Of a stretch of 64,000 nt of DNA, positions 37,121-52,279 are shown one piece after another. The DNA lies in the NCBI GenBank assembly GCA_038087875.1, contig CM075990.1, forward strand, positions 1,490,001-1,554,000, read 5' to 3'. Positions within the stretch are counted from its first letter, which is position 1. Each line of letters opens with the position of its first letter. Source of the DNA: Malacoraja senta (Eukaryota). The notes beneath the pieces are model-generated. The model was not told the origin of the DNA. It made no database searches and saw only the letters and a program-made list of their open reading frames with translations. The position numbers and the translations under genes were made by a program.

Positions 37121-38712
37121 CCCGTGGACTCTCTCTCCTCACTCTCCCTTCACTCCGACATAGACTTCCTCCAGAACAAAAACCCTTCGGCCCACTATTT
37201 CCATGCCGACCAGATGTAGCTCATTTACTCGCATCCCATTTCCCACCACCTGTCCCGTAGACTACTACCCTTCAGTGATTATCAAAGATATCACCCTTGT
37301 TCTACGCATTCACCGCTCCCCAACTCTCTCTGCTACTGAACATGAATGTGTTTATCTCAGTATCAATGTTGCAATGAAGAACATGGGAGCTGATCCATTG
37401 GCTCCAACATTTCCTGTTCTATACCATGGGGAGATGTTATGAGGAGAAAGCATGAGAATGGGGTTAGGAGGGAGAGATAGATCAGCCGTGATTGAATGGC
37501 GGAGAAGGCTTGATGGGTCGAATGGCCTAATTCTACTCCTATCACTTATGACCAGAACGCACCTTCATCAAGTCAAGTTGTATTCGTCAAGTCAAGTTTT
37601 ACATAAAGTGCAAGCGAAATGAATTTGCCAGCACCGGCACAATTTAAATAAAAGAACACACAATACACAATAAAATATTAACACAAACATCCACCACAGC
37701 ATTCATCACTTTGGTGGAAGGCACAAAAATTGGCCAGTCCTCCTCCATTTTCCCCCGTGTCGGGACCTCAACCCTCCGCATTCGCCGCTGCGGGCGTCCA
37801 GATGTTCAGACAAGGGAAGTCCAGGTTCGTCCTGAATCGGTGCGTCCCAACCAGAGACCGAGGCTTTGAGTTGGTGTAGGCCGCAGGCCGGCGGTCGAAG
37901 ATCTAAAGTCCCCGCCGCGCCGCAGCAAGAAGCATTAAAACACAAGAGACATTAAAACACACATTAAGGCGCACTAAAAAACAAAAAAAGTAGAAAAACT
38001 GCAGGGCCAGCGGTCGGAGCTCCTCTCCAGGGATACCAGGCGAGGGAACCCGCTTCGGATGATAAATCCCCGCCGCGCCCGCGGGTCGGCGGTCAGGTCC
38101 CAGACCCCGCGCCATCTGGAGCTCCGCAGACCGCGGCTTCAAGCTGCCACGGGTCAGCGAACGGAGCGCTCCCCTCCGGCGACCCCCGGCGAGGGCTCTC
38201 CCGCTCCGCGCCGAAAGCGTCCTCGCTGCGCCCGTTGCTGAAGCCCTGGGTACGTCTCCGGGAAAGTCCGCACCGATCCTCGATGTTAGGCCACGGGGGA
38301 GGCGACATGGAAAATGTCGCCTCTCCGTGGAGGAGGCGACCGAAACGGTTTCCCCCTTACCCCACACCAACCCCCACACTGGACACACAGAGAGACATTA
38401 AAACACACATTAAGGCGCACTAAAAAACAAAAAAAGTAGAAAAACTAACACGCTGCTGGCACGGCTGCCGGCTCGCTGCGCACCCCATCGAACAGTGGAT
38501 ATTATGCAGCAGAGAATATTATGAATTAATTGGTCAACGGCCGAGCACAACGGGGACCATGTTGTCACCCACGGATTCTCCAATAAAACTCACAAAATGA
38601 TGCAATGAGGCGAAGCATTTGTTGAAATAGGAATTTCCCCGAATGAACCGAAATATACGTTGTGCACGCGTGTGAACTGACGGTATTTTCTCAAAAGTAT
38701 CCATTGGTAGCA

Positions 38713-38784
38713 TAGCAGAGGATGGTTTCGATCCATCGACCTCTGGGTTATGGGCCCAGCACGCTTCCGCTGCGCCACTCTGCT
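38713..38784 (-). tRNA. Initiator tRNA-Met(CAT), intact
   Basis: Reverse complement is AGCAGAGTGGCGCAGCGGAAGCGTGCTGGGCCCATAACCCAGAGGTCGATGGATCGAAACCATCCTCTGCTA, the canonical vertebrate iMet. Confidence 0.97.
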
Positions 38785-41700
38785 CTGACAGAAATATTCT
38801 TAGTGTGGGTGCTCCTTTTTGCTCATTTCGTTGTTTTCATCTCTTACCTCGTACCGTTTGCAGGCTTTGCTTTCTTTTCTCGCGTACCCACTTCTATCTA
38901 CCATTTTCCATTTTCTCTGTCTTATTTTCTTTATTTCTTCCTCTCTACCCCATCCGGTTGTTATGACTGTGCTGTCTGTCCCGGTCGGATACACCGTTCC
39001 AGCGGTTTTCGCAATGAATTTAATTATTTAAATTACCCTATTCCATGCTGAATATTCCGTTTATCTTGCTCTGTGTCTCTCCCACATTCATTCGGGCCGA
39101 TCTTCCGATCACACTTCAATATAAAAGCAGCGGGCACCGACTGAGCTGCAGCTGAGGATTCACCCACACCCGGGTGTTTATTTTGTCCAATCGCAGATTT
39201 TATTAATTTCCCAATCTCGTCAATGCGATTAACTGAATATCAGATTATTTCAGTGTTGAAGGGCCAGCAGGTCACGTTGACTCTTTGCGGAACTTATCCG
39301 GTGCCTTCACAAGTTCACTTCAAGTGCAACAAATCCGTCTACCGAGTTTCACAGTTGGCGACCTAACGGCTTTTGTAAACTCAGGAGCAACAAGGCGGGA
39401 GCAGGTAGTGACAATGGGCAGCAGCGGAGTACCGCAGGACCCAGGGAATCTGCCGGCTAAAGAGTGACGGCGGTCAGCAAGACTGTTCTCCCGGCTGAGA
39501 CTCGTCCGTTGCACCCCCAAAATGAATTGAATTGAATTAATTTTATTAGCCAAGTATGTATACATACAAGGAATTCGCCTTGTTGCCTTGTTCGCAAGTA
39601 ACAACACGATATACAGTAGACAATTTAAAATAAAATGCTGGAGTAACTCAGCAGGAAAGGCAGCATATCTGGAGAGAATGAATGGGGACCGGATACAGTA
39701 GATGAAGTTGGAGGAGGTGCAAATGGACCTCTGCCGCACCTGAAAAGACTGTCGAGGTCCATGGACAGAGTCGAGGTGGGGCGGGGGAGGTTTGAGTGGG
39801 AAGAAAGTTGTGAGTTGCGTTGAGAAAGAGTGAGTTGATGAATGGGGTGGAGATGGGACCAGGGAGTTGTGCAGGGAACGGCATCTGCGGAAAGCGGAAA
39901 GGGCTGGAAATGGTTCTTTTGACTGCAAGTCGGTGAGGAGGAGGGGACGTATTCTATACTCGGATAGGTGAGATTCCCTTATTCAAGGAACGTGGTTTTC
40001 CTCTTCTCTCATAGAGGAGACCTCAGTGTCCCGTAGTTCTGCTTTCTGTTCGCCCAGACGCAACACCGTTCCCCTGATCCTCATTTTTCACCCCACAAGG
40101 CTCCAGCCAACACATTATGCTCCGACATTCCCGTCACCTCCTAAGGGATGCCATCACTAATCACATTTTCTCATCTCCACTCCTTTCCGCCTTCCCCAGG
40201 GACTACCTCCATAATTCACTCATCTCTTCCCACCCAGCTCAAGGTCGATGGGAGAAACCGGGTTGTCTTATCTTCAGCGTCCTCGAGGTCGGCGGCGGGA
40301 GGTGCCCTCGGGGGAACTATGGCTGGAGAGGGATACCGGATTACGGGACAACCGGAATGGAGGTGACGGCTGCAACGGGCCTGTGTCACCAGCTGCAAGT
40401 GCGACTGTAAAATGGCGCCAAAATGGCACCTCTTGCACATGGACTCAGTGGGTTGTTCTGTGTATACAGCACTGACTAGGGTGAGTATGCATATGTACGG
40501 GGATAGTCTTGCTGAGCTGTATGAAATAATCCATTGAACCATCCCCTTCCTAGATACATTCCCAGCAACAGTAGTAGATGCAACACGTGTCTCTATACCT
40601 CCTCTCTTGACACCATCCAGGGACCCCAGGCTTAGGCGGAAATAGCTTTTAAACCATGGGGAGGGACACGATGAGGCCTAACATCACGGAAAGGTGTCGG
40701 CAACGTACGGCCCACGGACCGGATCCGGCCCGCAACCCAAAATCATCCGGAACGTAGACGGGTTTTGTTTTCAATTCGTTTTCGCGACCTGGGAAGTGCT
40801 GCCATTTCCGGGGCGACCTGGGTGCTGCAGCCAGACCTGCCAGCCGACATGGGCGCTACAGGCAGTCCCGGGTCAGGCGAGCCCACCTGGGCGCTACAGC
40901 CAGTGCCGGGGCAGGTGAGCCGCAGTGGGACTGGCTGCAGCGCCCAGGTCACAAAGCATGGGGGAGATTGTCCCCCACCGCTCAAAATTGCCCCCCCCCC
41001 GCCCCCCAGAATTAACTGGAAGATGTGTTTTCTTTATCGTGAAATAAAACGACAATGGCTGAGAGCGCTCAACTCCGTGACAGCTGTGTGGTTATTGTTT
41101 CAGGTAACCCGCAGCCTAAAATCATCCGACCCGCAGACGCATGTTTTTTCGATCAGTTTTCGCGACATGGGAACTGCTGCCATTCCCAGGGCCCAAAGGC
41201 GACCTGGGCGCTACCGCCAGACTTGGGGCAAGCGAGCCGTCCTGGGAACTGCAGCATGTCCGGTGCCGTAGGCGACTGGGCGCTACAGCCAGACCTGCCA
41301 GCCGACATGGGCGCTTCAACCATTCCCGGGCAGGCGAGCTGACCTGGGCGCTACAGCCAGTCCCGCGGCACGCGGGCGAACTGGGCGCTAAAGACAGACC
41401 TGGGACAAGCGAGCTGACGTGGGCGCCTCAGTTAGACCTGCCAGCCGTCTTACAGCTAGTCGGGGGGCAGGCGAGCCGACCTGGGCGCTACAGCCAGTCC
41501 CGGGGCAGGCGAGTTCACCTGGGACTGCCTGTTGTGCCCAGGGCACAAAACATGCGGGGTGGGGGGGGGGCGCTGTTCCTAATGTGGGCTCCTTTACATC
41601 GGTGAGACCAAACGTAGAAAAACATAGAAACATAGAAAAATAGGCGCAGGAGCAGGCCATTCGGCCCTTCGAGCCAGCACCGTCATTCTATCTGATCAAG

Positions 41701-43097
41701 ACTGATCATCCATAATCAGTGTCCCGTTCCTGCTTTTTCCCCATATCCCTTCATTCCTTTAGCCCAAAGAGCTAAATCTAACTTTCTCTTGAAAAAATCC
41801 AGTGAATTAGCCTCCACTGCCTTCTGTGGCAAAGAATTCCACAGGTTCACAACTCTCTGTGTGAAAACGTTTTTCCTCATCTCAGTCCAAAATGGCCTAC
41901 CCTTATTCTTAAACTGTGACCCCTGGTTCTGGACTCCCCCAACATCGGGTACATTTTTCCTGCATCAACTAGATGAATTCATTGTGTGCGGAGTCCACCG
42001 TTGTGCTTCAATAAAAATTTACCGCGACGGACGTTCAGGTGCAACGTTAGGAATGACTTCGACAAGGAATGGGTAGATGATATATCAGAACTGTTGTAAG
42101 GCAACTGGTCCGTCCTCTCGCCAGCTGTAGAGATGCCCTGACCTTCCATCTACCTCATTGGAAGCCTTCGAACTATCTTTCATCGAACTTTACTGGACGT
42201 TATCTACATTATCCATTAAGTTATACGTTTAAGTCTGCAGAAGGGTCACGACCCGAAACGTCACACATTCCTTCGCTCCAGAGATGCTGCCTGTCCCACT
42301 GAGTTACTGTAACATTCTGTGTCTCTCTTCGGTTCAAACCAGCATCTGCATTTCCTTCCTTCACGTCACCTTTATCCTTTATCTGCACACTGTGGACAGC
42401 TTGATTACAATCATGTAAAGTCCTGTCTCTGACTGGTCAGCACGTAACATACAGTTTTTCATTGTATCTCGCTACACGATGTAATGGTAAATTAATGTTA
42501 GCTAAATTAAACTGATATATACATATTGTTTGTGACCAGAGATAGACACAAAATGCTGGAGTAACTCAGCAGGACAGGCCGCATCTCTGGAGAGAAGGAA
42601 TGGGTGACGATTCCGGTCGAGACCCTTATTCAGATCTGCAGATCTTTCCAACACACATTGTTTGTGACCACGTTGCGCGGGATAGTGATGGGCTAGAAAG
42701 GTGTCACAGGTGACATTCAATGATTACGCATACTTTCGACGGAACATATTCGAGGGCCGAAAGACCTCCTCCGATCATTGTGCTTCTGTTCTGTTTTAAC
42801 AAGTTGTTATCTGGGATTTGAGTATCGACCAGTCCAATGGGAAAACCTCCTCTGCTCCGCCTCGGTCCCTGAAGTTGCAACTTTTAGAGGGCGTGTGGTT
42901 CAGTGACCTGACCAGTCTTCGTCCGTGAAGGTGGAAGATGGCGAGAATTCCCTGTTTCTCGTGTCTGGTGAGATCTGTATTCCGTAATGACAAAAAAGTT
43001 CAGCGGCGGGATTACCACATCTGATGAACACGGTGTGTTATATAAAATAGGCGCATAATTAGGTGAACGACTATGCCCGGATTCATGAGTTGGAAGT

Positions 43098-45816
43098 AAG
43101 TAAGTAAGTAAGTGCGTTTATTGGCCAAGTATTCACATACAAGGAATTTGCCTTGGTGCTCCGCCCATAAGTAACAACATGACATACAGTGACAGTTACG
43201 AATGACTCAGAAAACACTAAACATTAATAACAATAAAACATTAATGATTAAACGCCATTGACCAAGCTTGTGATCCAACAAAATACCAGATCAAAGGGAG
43301 GCTGTTGAGTGGAGCAACTAATCGTGGATAAAAAATGTTTTTATGTCTGGCTGTGGCAGCTTTGACAGTCCGGAGTCGCCTTCCAGAGGGAATTGATTCA
43401 AATAGTTTGTGGCCAGGTGAGAGGGGTCGGAGATGATCTTGCCCGCTCGCTTATTGGCCCTTGCAGAGGGAAGGTTGCAGCCAATAACCTTCTCTGCTGA
43501 TCGGACGATATGCTGCAGCCTCCAGGTGTCGAGCTTGGTGGCTGAGCCAAACCAGACTATGATGGAGAAGGTGAGTACAGACTCTACAATGGCCGTGTAG
43601 AATTGGACCATCATTGCCTGCGGCAGATTGTGCTTCCTCAGCTGCCGTCGGAAGTACATCCTCTGTTGTGCCTTTTTGACTGTGGAGTCGATGGTAGCCC
43701 CCCACTTAAGGTCCTTGGAGATGATGGTTCCCAGGAACTTAAAATACTCCACAGATGTGACTGTGGTGTCGTTGATGGTGAGTGGGTTGAGGGGAGGGGG
43801 AGCTCTCCTAAAGTGTACAATCGATTCCACTGTCTTAACAACATTGAGCTCTACGTTGTTGCGACGGCACCAGGACGCCAGCTGTGACGCTTCCTGTCTG
43901 TAGGCAGATTCCTCCCCATCCTGGATCAGTCCAATCAGGGTTGTGTCGTCCGCCAACTTGAGATGCTTGACAGAGGTGTTTGTGGAGGTGCAGTCGTTGG
44001 TGTAGACAGAGTGGAGGGGAGGAGAGAGTACACAGCCTTGCGGTGCTCCTATGCGCAAATGCGTCTGAGATGTGCTTTCCCAGCCTCACATGCTGCTTCC
44101 TGTCTGGCAGGAAGCTGGTGATCCATCGGCAGAGGGGTTCAGGCACAGTCAACTCGGAAGGTTTGGAGTGTAGTAGCTCTGGCACAATGGTGTTGAATGC
44201 AGAGCTAAAATCAACAAACAGGATCCTCGCATAGGTCCCCTGGCGGTCTAGGTGCTGTAGGATGAAGTGCAGGCCCAGGTTGACTGTATCATCCACAGAT
44301 CTATTGGCCCGATATGCAAACTGCAGAGGGTCCAGCAGGGACTTTGTGACATTTTACAGCTTGGGCAGCACAAGCCTTTCGAGTGTCTTCATGACTACAG
44401 AGGTCAGTGCGACAGGCCTGTAGTCATTAAGACAAGTAATCCTTGCCTTTTTGGGTACAGGGACAATAGTGGAGACTTTGAAGCAGGCAGGGACAGTACA
44501 TGTTTGCAGGGACTGGTTAAAAATGCCTGTATATATCGGTGCCAGCTGTTTGGCACAGAGCTTAAGAGTAGAGGGGGAAACATTGTCAGGTCCTGGAGAT
44601 TTCCGGCTTTTTTGTCCTCTGAAAAGCCTCTCCACCTCCTTTATTTTTATAGTTGATGATGGAGAAATGAGGTTGTGCAGCTCGGAATGTGTGGGTGATT
44701 GAGTGTGAAGTGGTGATTGGGGAGGAGTGGGAGTCGAAGGGCCAAGTCTTTGTAGACTGAGGTCAGCCTGTGAGTGGGTGTGAAGTGTTGGTTGGGATGG
44801 GAAATGGTCCAGTCTTTTCATACTGGAATCTTGCCTTAAGTATGTGTGAAGTGGTGAATGGGAAGGAGAGGGTGCATGGTTCATTCTTTGTAGACTGGGG
44901 TCTGGCTGTGTTGGTTGGGGACAGGGGGGAGGGGGGGAGGTGGTACCAGTGTTATGTTTCTGAGTTTTAAACCTGCAGTAAAACTCATTCATGTCGTTGG
45001 TCAGCTGACGATTGTACAAAGAGCGAGGGGGGGGGGGTTCCTCTTGTAGCTGGTAATTTCTTGCAAGCCCTTCCAAACTGAAGAAGAGTCACTAGCTGAG
45101 AACTTGCTCCTCGACATCTCAGAGTACCTTTCCTTGGCAGCTCTGATTCCTCTTCTCAGCTTGTACTAGGCCTGCCTGTAGAGGTCTGCATCCCCGCTCC
45201 TGTAGGCCTCCTCTTTAGACCGTCGGAGCTGTCTGAGTTCTGCAGTGAACCAGGGCTTGTTGTTGTTGAACGATGTCCGGGTCTTAGTTGGAATGCAACT
45301 GCCCTCGTAAAAGCTGACATATGAGGGTACAGTGTCCGTATACTCATAGAGGCTTGTGGTTACTTCCCTGAACACATTCCAATCCGTGCAGTCAAAGCAG
45401 GATTGTAGGTTCTCAATGCCCTCGCTTGTCCACCTTTTCGTTGTTCTGACCATAGGCTTAGCAGCTTTTAGCTTCTTCCTGTAAGTCGGAATAAGGTGAA
45501 ATAGACAATGATCAGAGAGACACAGACCCGCCCGGGGAACAGAGCGATATGCGTTCTTGATTGCTGTATAACAGTGATCGAGTGTTCTCTCCCCACTGGT
45601 GGGGCAGGTAACATGGTCTATATTTTGGAAGGTCAAGGCTGAGGTTAGCTTTGTTAAAGTCTCTTAAACAATGACCATGGAGTCCGGGAAGTCACTCTCT
45701 ACCCTCATTACTTGGTCAGCGAGTTGCATTTGCGCCTCACGTACGCAGGCTTGGGGAGGAATGTAAACTCCAGCGAGAATAAAGGAGTTTAATTCCCTCG
45801 GAGAGTAGCAGGGTTT
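43098..45816 (-). mobile_element. Rex1/Babar LINE (APE-RT), 5'-truncated and degenerate
   Basis: VYIPP, TLDHCYT, KPWFT, SPGPD, NDYRPVALTS, FVDFSSAFNT, GAPQGCVLSP, ADDT. (TACT)n tail at about 43098-43113. GAAGT is present at both junctions. Confidence 0.88.
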
Positions 45817-45852
45817 GAAGTGAACTGAGTTTCCTTCAGCAGTGGTAAAGTA

Positions 45853-45917
45853 GCCGAAATAGCTCAGTTGGGAGAGCGTTAGAATGAAGATCCCTGGTTC
45901 AATCCCGGGTTTCAGCA
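45853..45917 (+). pseudogene. tRNA-Phe pseudogene with an 8-nt deletion
   Basis: agaatgaagat|ccctggttc lacks ctaaaggt. Confidence 0.88.
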
Positions 45918-46400
45918 ATGGTATTTTAGGCTTTAAAATTTAAATCAGCGTGCATAGATATATGATTTATTCCAACGCGTTTGTTCGTGACGCAGCCGTC
46001 AGTGCCGCTCAATGAAGGTTCAACGTTAACTTCCGGTGTTCTTTGACTGTCTTTGTGCCTGCATGTGAGTTCTTGAAGTGAGTTACCTCGGTTTCCACTC
46101 AAATACCACAGACATGCGGTCGGAAATAAATTGGTCGTGTAACTCACCCTTCAGAACAGGGCTGTTTCGTGCATGGTATACGGCGGGATATAGCTCAGCT
46201 ACATAAATAGGAGAGGTATGGACGATAAAATTTAAACGGAGACAGTGTGAGATGTTGCGCTTGGGCCGAACGACAGTTTGATTAACGTCTCGTTTGTGAT
46301 TATCTTCTACACCCGCAGACAAAAAATCTTACCAGAAGTAGATCCTTGGTGTATTGAGAGGGTGATTCTCGTGACATTTGACACAAATACTCCGAGGAAT

Positions 46401-46464
46401 GCCGGGCTAGCACAGTCGGTAGAGCATGAGACTCTCAGTCGTGGGTTCGAGCCCACGTTGGGCG
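46401..46464 (+). pseudogene. tRNA-Lys pseudogene with the anticodon arm deleted
   Basis: gccgggctagcacagtcggtagagcatgagactctcagtcgtgggttcgagcccacgttgggcg. Confidence 0.85.
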
Positions 46465-49400
46465 ACACTTTCTTTAACCATTATCAATAGCAAACATGAG
46501 CCTAGCCAGCGAATAGTTCAGGATTGCTCTGCATTTATGGGGATCTAAGGATTTTATACCTTTCAATCCCTTCGGCTACATTTATTGGAGACAATTGGAG
46601 ACGATGTGTTTTCTTTATCGTGAAATAAAACGACAATGGCTGAGAGCGCCCAACCCACCATCCTGATCTCCCGGCGGTTCAGCACTTCAACTCCCTCTCC
46701 CATTCCGAATCCGACCTTTCTGTCATGGGCCTCCGCCAATGCCAGAGTGAGGCTCAGCGCAAATTGGAGGAACAATACCTCATATTTCGCTTGGGTAGTT
46801 TACACCCCAGCGGTATGAACATTGACCCCTCCAATTTCAGATAGTCCTTGCGTTCTCTCACGTTCCCCTCCCCTTCCCAGGTCTCCCACAAGCCGACTGT
46901 CTCCGCCTTTTCCTTATATTTTTCCCGCCCGCACATCAGTCTGAAGCAAAGATACTGGTCTGATTCTGAAGAAGGGTATCGACCCGAAACGTCGCCTAAT
47001 CCTTCTCTCCATACATGCTGCCTCACCCGCTGAGTTTCTCCAGCATTTTTGTCTAATTTCGGTAAGTTTTGTAACATTGTCGGCGCCAACACGTGGAGAC
47101 AATTGTGTACTGCATAGGTTATATGCAAAACAAAGTATTTCACTGCACCTTAGTACCCTAGGTACACGTGACAATAAAGTATCATGCATTCATTCATTCA
47201 TTCATTCATTCATTCATTCATTCATTCATTCATTCATGCATTCATTCACTCACTCGTTCGTTCATTCATTCATTCATTCATTCAATTCTGTAACTAATCT
47301 ATATCTCACTGTAAACCTTGATTGTCTTACACACAATCTATGATCCCAGCTATACTGGTGTCAACTGCAAACTTACGAACCAACCGTCTACATTTATGTC
47401 CGAGTCATATGTATATATATATATATATATATTATAAACAGCGGATCATAGAACTGTGGAACGCTCTATTGTGATCAATCAAACCTGGTTAATGAGCGTT
47501 TACGAATAAGACTAAAACGCAGGGGAATCCGACACCCCCTACCGTGACAGCTTCTTCCCAACACCCATCAGGCTATCAAACTCTACAAAACACCGAATAA
47601 CTATGGGCTATGTTGGCTGCACTAGGATTCTGGCTTTTGGACACCAATTATGGGGTTATTGATTATTTTTTAATGTTATCTGAGTATTGTCTTTTCAGGT
47701 TATGCTACTCCAAATAAGCATTTTGTCGTGCCATTGTATGTACCTATGACAATAGACAATAGACAATAGGTGCGGGAGTAGGCCATTCGGCCCTTCGAGC
47801 CAGCACCACAATTCAATGTTATCATGGCTGATAATCCACAATCAGTACCCCATTCCTGCCTTCTCTCCATATCCCCTAGCTCCGCTCTCCCTAAGAGCTT
47901 TATCTAACTCTCTCTTGAAAGCATCCAGAGAACCAGCATTCCACACACTCACAACTCTCTTTGTGATTTTTTCCCCTCATTTTCGTTCTGAATGGCTTCC
48001 CACTTATTCTTAAAATATGGCCCCTGTTTCTGGACCCCTCCAACATTGGGAACATGTTTCCTGTCTATAGCGTGTCCAAACCCTTAATAATCGTATATGT
48101 TTCAATAAGATCTCCTCTCGTTCTTCTAAATTCCAGAGTATACAAGCCCAGCCGCTGGAATCTATCAACATTTGACAGTCCCGCCATCCAGGATATTAAC
48201 CTTGTGAAACTACACTGTATTCCCTCAATAGCAAGAATAGACAATAGACAATAGGTGCAGGAGTAGGCCATTTGGCCACTCGAGCCAGCACCGCCATTCA
48301 ATTTGATCAAGTTTGGAGACCAAAACTGCATACAATACTCCAGGTGTGGTCTCACGAAGGGCCTGTACATCTGGAGAAGGATATATTTACTCCTATACTC
48401 AACTCCTCTTGTTATGAAAGCCAACATGCCATTCGCTTTCTTCACTGCCTGCTGTACCTGCATGCTTACTTTCAGTGACTGATGAACAAGGACCCCAGAT
48501 CATGTTATACTTCCCCTTTTCCCAACTTGACACCATTTAGATAATAACCTAACTTCCTGTTTTCGCCATCAAAGTGTATAACCTCATATTTATCCACAGT
48601 AAACTGCATCTGCCATGCGTCTGCCCACTCACCCAACCTGTCCAATCGCCCTGCATCCTCATACCACCCTACTCACAATTCACAATGTTACCCAGCTTTG
48701 TCATCTGCAAATTTGCTAATGATACTTTTAATCCCTTCATCAAAATCATTAATATATATTGTAAACACCTGCGGTCCCAGCACCCAGCCTTGCGGTACCC
48801 CACTAGTCACTGCCTGCCATTCTGAAAGGGACCCGTTAATACCTACCCATTGTTTCCTGTGTGCCTACCAATTTTCTATCCCTGTCAGCACCCTACCACC
48901 AATACCATGTGCTCTGATTTTACCCAGTATTCTCCTATGTGGGACCTTATCAAATGCTTACCACGATTAAATATTCTTTACTCGACTGTCTGGAAAAGAA
49001 TGGAAGGGTACGGACCAAAACGAGTAAATCATATTGGCGTAGAGGACGTCAATAGACAATAGGCGCAGGAGTACGCCCTACGGCCCTTCGAGCCAGCACT
49101 GTCATTCAATGTGATCATGGCTGATTATACATCATCATTACCCCGTTACTGATCATCTACAACTGTCGACATGGACATGGTTGGCCATGAGGGCCCGTAT
49201 CTGTGGTGAACGTTTCTATATTTATTTGAATCTATGGCCTTTTCCGAGATGTGCGAGGAAATTACGACGCATTCAAAGCTTTAAAACAGGTGCTGATAAG
49301 GGAGGGAGCGATGATGATAAGAACCATTTATTGAAATCCGGTCCCGGGCCGCAAGGGATTGATGGCGAGGCAGTGAGACACGCTACCGGCGGTAGAATTC

Positions 49401-50132
49401 CCTTCATCGGAGATTCTGTGAAAACCGGGCAATGAGGTTTCTGTGCCAGTGATCTTAAGTCTCTGCATACTGACGATTACAACGCCATTTGCAGTTACAG
49501 GATCAATCAAATCAAATATTTCAAATGCATGCGGATTTACATTGAAATCAAAAGAGGTTATATATAGTCGAATTTATGCAGGCACTACAGGGCAGCTGGT
49601 AAATCATACTTGTGGGTGCTGGCGATAGCGCGCTGGGAAGGAATCACCAGATGTAGAAGCGGTCCGTGGTGAACTTGACAGACATATATTTGAAAGCCGG
49701 GGTGCTGAGAGAGATAACAGCATTTAATGTGTGTAGGATGGAACTGCAGATGCTGGTTTACACCAACCAGAGACACAAAATGCCATGCGGGCCAGGCAGC
49801 ATCCCTGAAGAAAATGAATAGGCGACGTTTCGGATCGAGACCGTTCTTCAGACTGAGATTCAGGGATGTGGGTAACTAAAGGTATGAAAAGGTACGGGAC
49901 AAAGCAGAGATTACTCTGATGACCAAAGAGCCCACAATGGTCCATTGTTGGCTGAGGAAGAGGTGAAAACGGAGGGATAAGAACAGTGAAACTATCAAAA
50001 CGACTGGGGTGGGGGAGGGACGGGGAGAGCGAAGGAATGCAAGTGTTACCTGAAATTAGAGACATCAAATATCATATTTGCTATGTTCTTAGGAATTACT
50101 TTAGATTTATTTAAGATGTTTCATTATTAGAG

Positions 50133-50355
50133 CAGGGGTTCCCAACGTTTTTCGTCCCGTTTACCCCAGCCAACTTTTCGAAAGTAAATGTACCCTTACC
50201 CTGTTTTGTTCAGTAATTGAGTTTACACTACTACCATAATAAAGCAACCGCCAAAGGGGCAATTTTAAAATACTGTTTTTAACATTATTAGTTTAAGTTC
50301 CAGAATCAACAAATTTACCACCGAGGGTAAACTTACCCCAGGTTGGGAGCGCTCG
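50133..50355. mobile_element. Small hAT/Charlie-like MITE
   Basis: CAGGGGTTCCCAAC ... GTTGGGAGCGCTCG imperfect TIRs with TAGA-containing flanks. Confidence 0.5.
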
Positions 50356-50636
50356 CTCTAGATCCTTGACCTCCTTGGTTACTTCCCACCAGTGTATCAG
50401 GATCAGAGGGGCTCACGGTTCTCCAAGCCGGGATGTCACGGTGCAGCTCTCTCTGACATTCAAATATGCACTGCATAAAATGGGATGTGGGGGGGGGGGG
50501 GTGTTGGAGATCACAGGTAAGTAGTTTAGATTACAGATGATAGACACAACAAGCTGGAGTAACTCAGCGAGACAGGCAGCATCGCTGGAGTGAAGGAATG
50601 AGTGGCGTTTCTTGTTGACACCCTTCTTCCGAGTAA

Positions 50637-51706
50637 ACATAGAAACATAGAAAAATAGAAACATAGAAAATAGGTGCATGAGGAGGCCATTCGGCCCTTC
50701 GAGCCAGCATCGCCATTCATTGTTATCATGGCTGATAGTCCCATATTAATAACCCGTGCCTGCCTTCTCCCCATATCCCTTGACTCAATTAGCCCCTAGA
50801 GCTCTATCTAACTCTCTCTTAATTCCATCCAGTGACTTGGCCTCCACTGCCCTCGGTGGCAGGGAATTCCTTAAATTCACAACTCTCTGGGTGAAAACGT
50901 TTTTTCTCACCTCAGTCTTAAATGACCTTCCCTTTATTCTAAGACTGTGGCCCCCTGGTTCTGGACTCGCCCAACATTGGGAAAATGTTCCTGCATCTAG
51001 CTTGTCCAGTCCTTTTATAATTTAATATGTTTCTATAAGATCCCCCCCTGATCCTTCTAAACTCCAGTGAATACAAGCCTAGTCTTTTCAATCTTTCCTC
51101 ATATGACAGTCCCGCCATCCCCGGGATCAATCTCGTGAACCACGCTGCACTGCCTCAATCACAAGGATGTCCTTGCTCAAATTAGGAGACCAAAACTGTA
51201 CACAATACTCCAGATGTGTTCTCACCAAAGCCCTTTACAACAGCAGAAGAACCTCTTTACTCCTATACTGAAATCCTCTTGTTATGAACGCCAACATTCC
51301 ATTAGTTTTCTTCACTGCCTGCTGAACCTGCACGCCAACTTTCAGTGCTCGGTGTACAAGGACACCCAGGTCTCGCTGTACCTCCCCCTTACCTAACCTA
51401 ACCCCATTGAGAGAATAATCTGCTCCCTTGTTTTTGCCGCCAAAGTGGATAACCTCACATTTATCTATATTATACTGCATCTGCCACGCATCTGCCCACT
51501 CACTCAACCTGTCCAGGTCACCCTGCAAACTCCTAACATCCTCTTCACAGTTCACACTGCCACCCAGCTTTGTGTCATCCGCAAACTTGCTAGTGTTGCT
51601 CCTAATTCCCTCTTCCAAATCATTAATATATATGATAAACAGTTGCGGCCCCAACGCCGAGCCTTGCGGCACTCCACTCGCCACTGCCTGCCATTCTGAA
51701 AAGGAC
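50637..51706 (-). mobile_element. CR1 3' fragment
   Basis: ORF 51235-51684 (SGVPQGSALGP, FADDTKL) and a (catagaaa)n tail. Confidence 0.88.
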
Positions 51707-51914
51707 CAGAGTAAATTAGATTAATTTGGCATTATGTTAGATACTGATATTGTGGGCCGAATGGACCTATGAGCTCCTGTACTGTATGTATTATGTTAAT
51801 TCCGATGTTCAATAAACCTATCAATTCAGCTAAAACATATTTGATGATGTCACCAATCAAGATGTGCAAAATACGCCGTGGAATTCCAGTTACATTTAGA
51901 ACGACGAAAACTTT

Positions 51915-51986
51915 CTCCCCGTCGGGGAATTGAACCCCGGTTTCCCGCGTGACAGGCGGGGATACTAACCACTATACTAACGAGGA
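51915..51986 (-). tRNA. tRNA-Asp(GTC)
   Basis: Full-length match with one variable-loop change (GGGAAACC). Confidence 0.9.
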
Positions 51987-52279
51987 ACCACCATATGCTT
52001 TTCGTTGTGAAGCAGTAGAATGTATGTAGGTGGAAGGGGAGGGGGAGAAGGAGAAGGAGAAATGGATGCGAGTCGAAGAGGAAAGTGGGGAAAAGTGTTG
52101 TTTGTGGGTTAGTTACATAAGGTTGCAGAATTTCATGTTAATAGCCTTAGATTTTCTTTGACCAAAAAACCTGCAACTCAGAAATTCACTCCTCACTGTT
52201 TGACTTCTGTGCTCTCGGCTTCTTCCGCCATCCGGTTACTTATTCAAGTACTTGCTCGTGTTGAATTCTTTAATAAAGA

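Noticed and set aside
46182..46202. Possible extra tRNA (ggcgggatatagctcag; also about 58646)
   Set aside because: Only an A-box-like 5' fragment, with no anticodon or T arm following.
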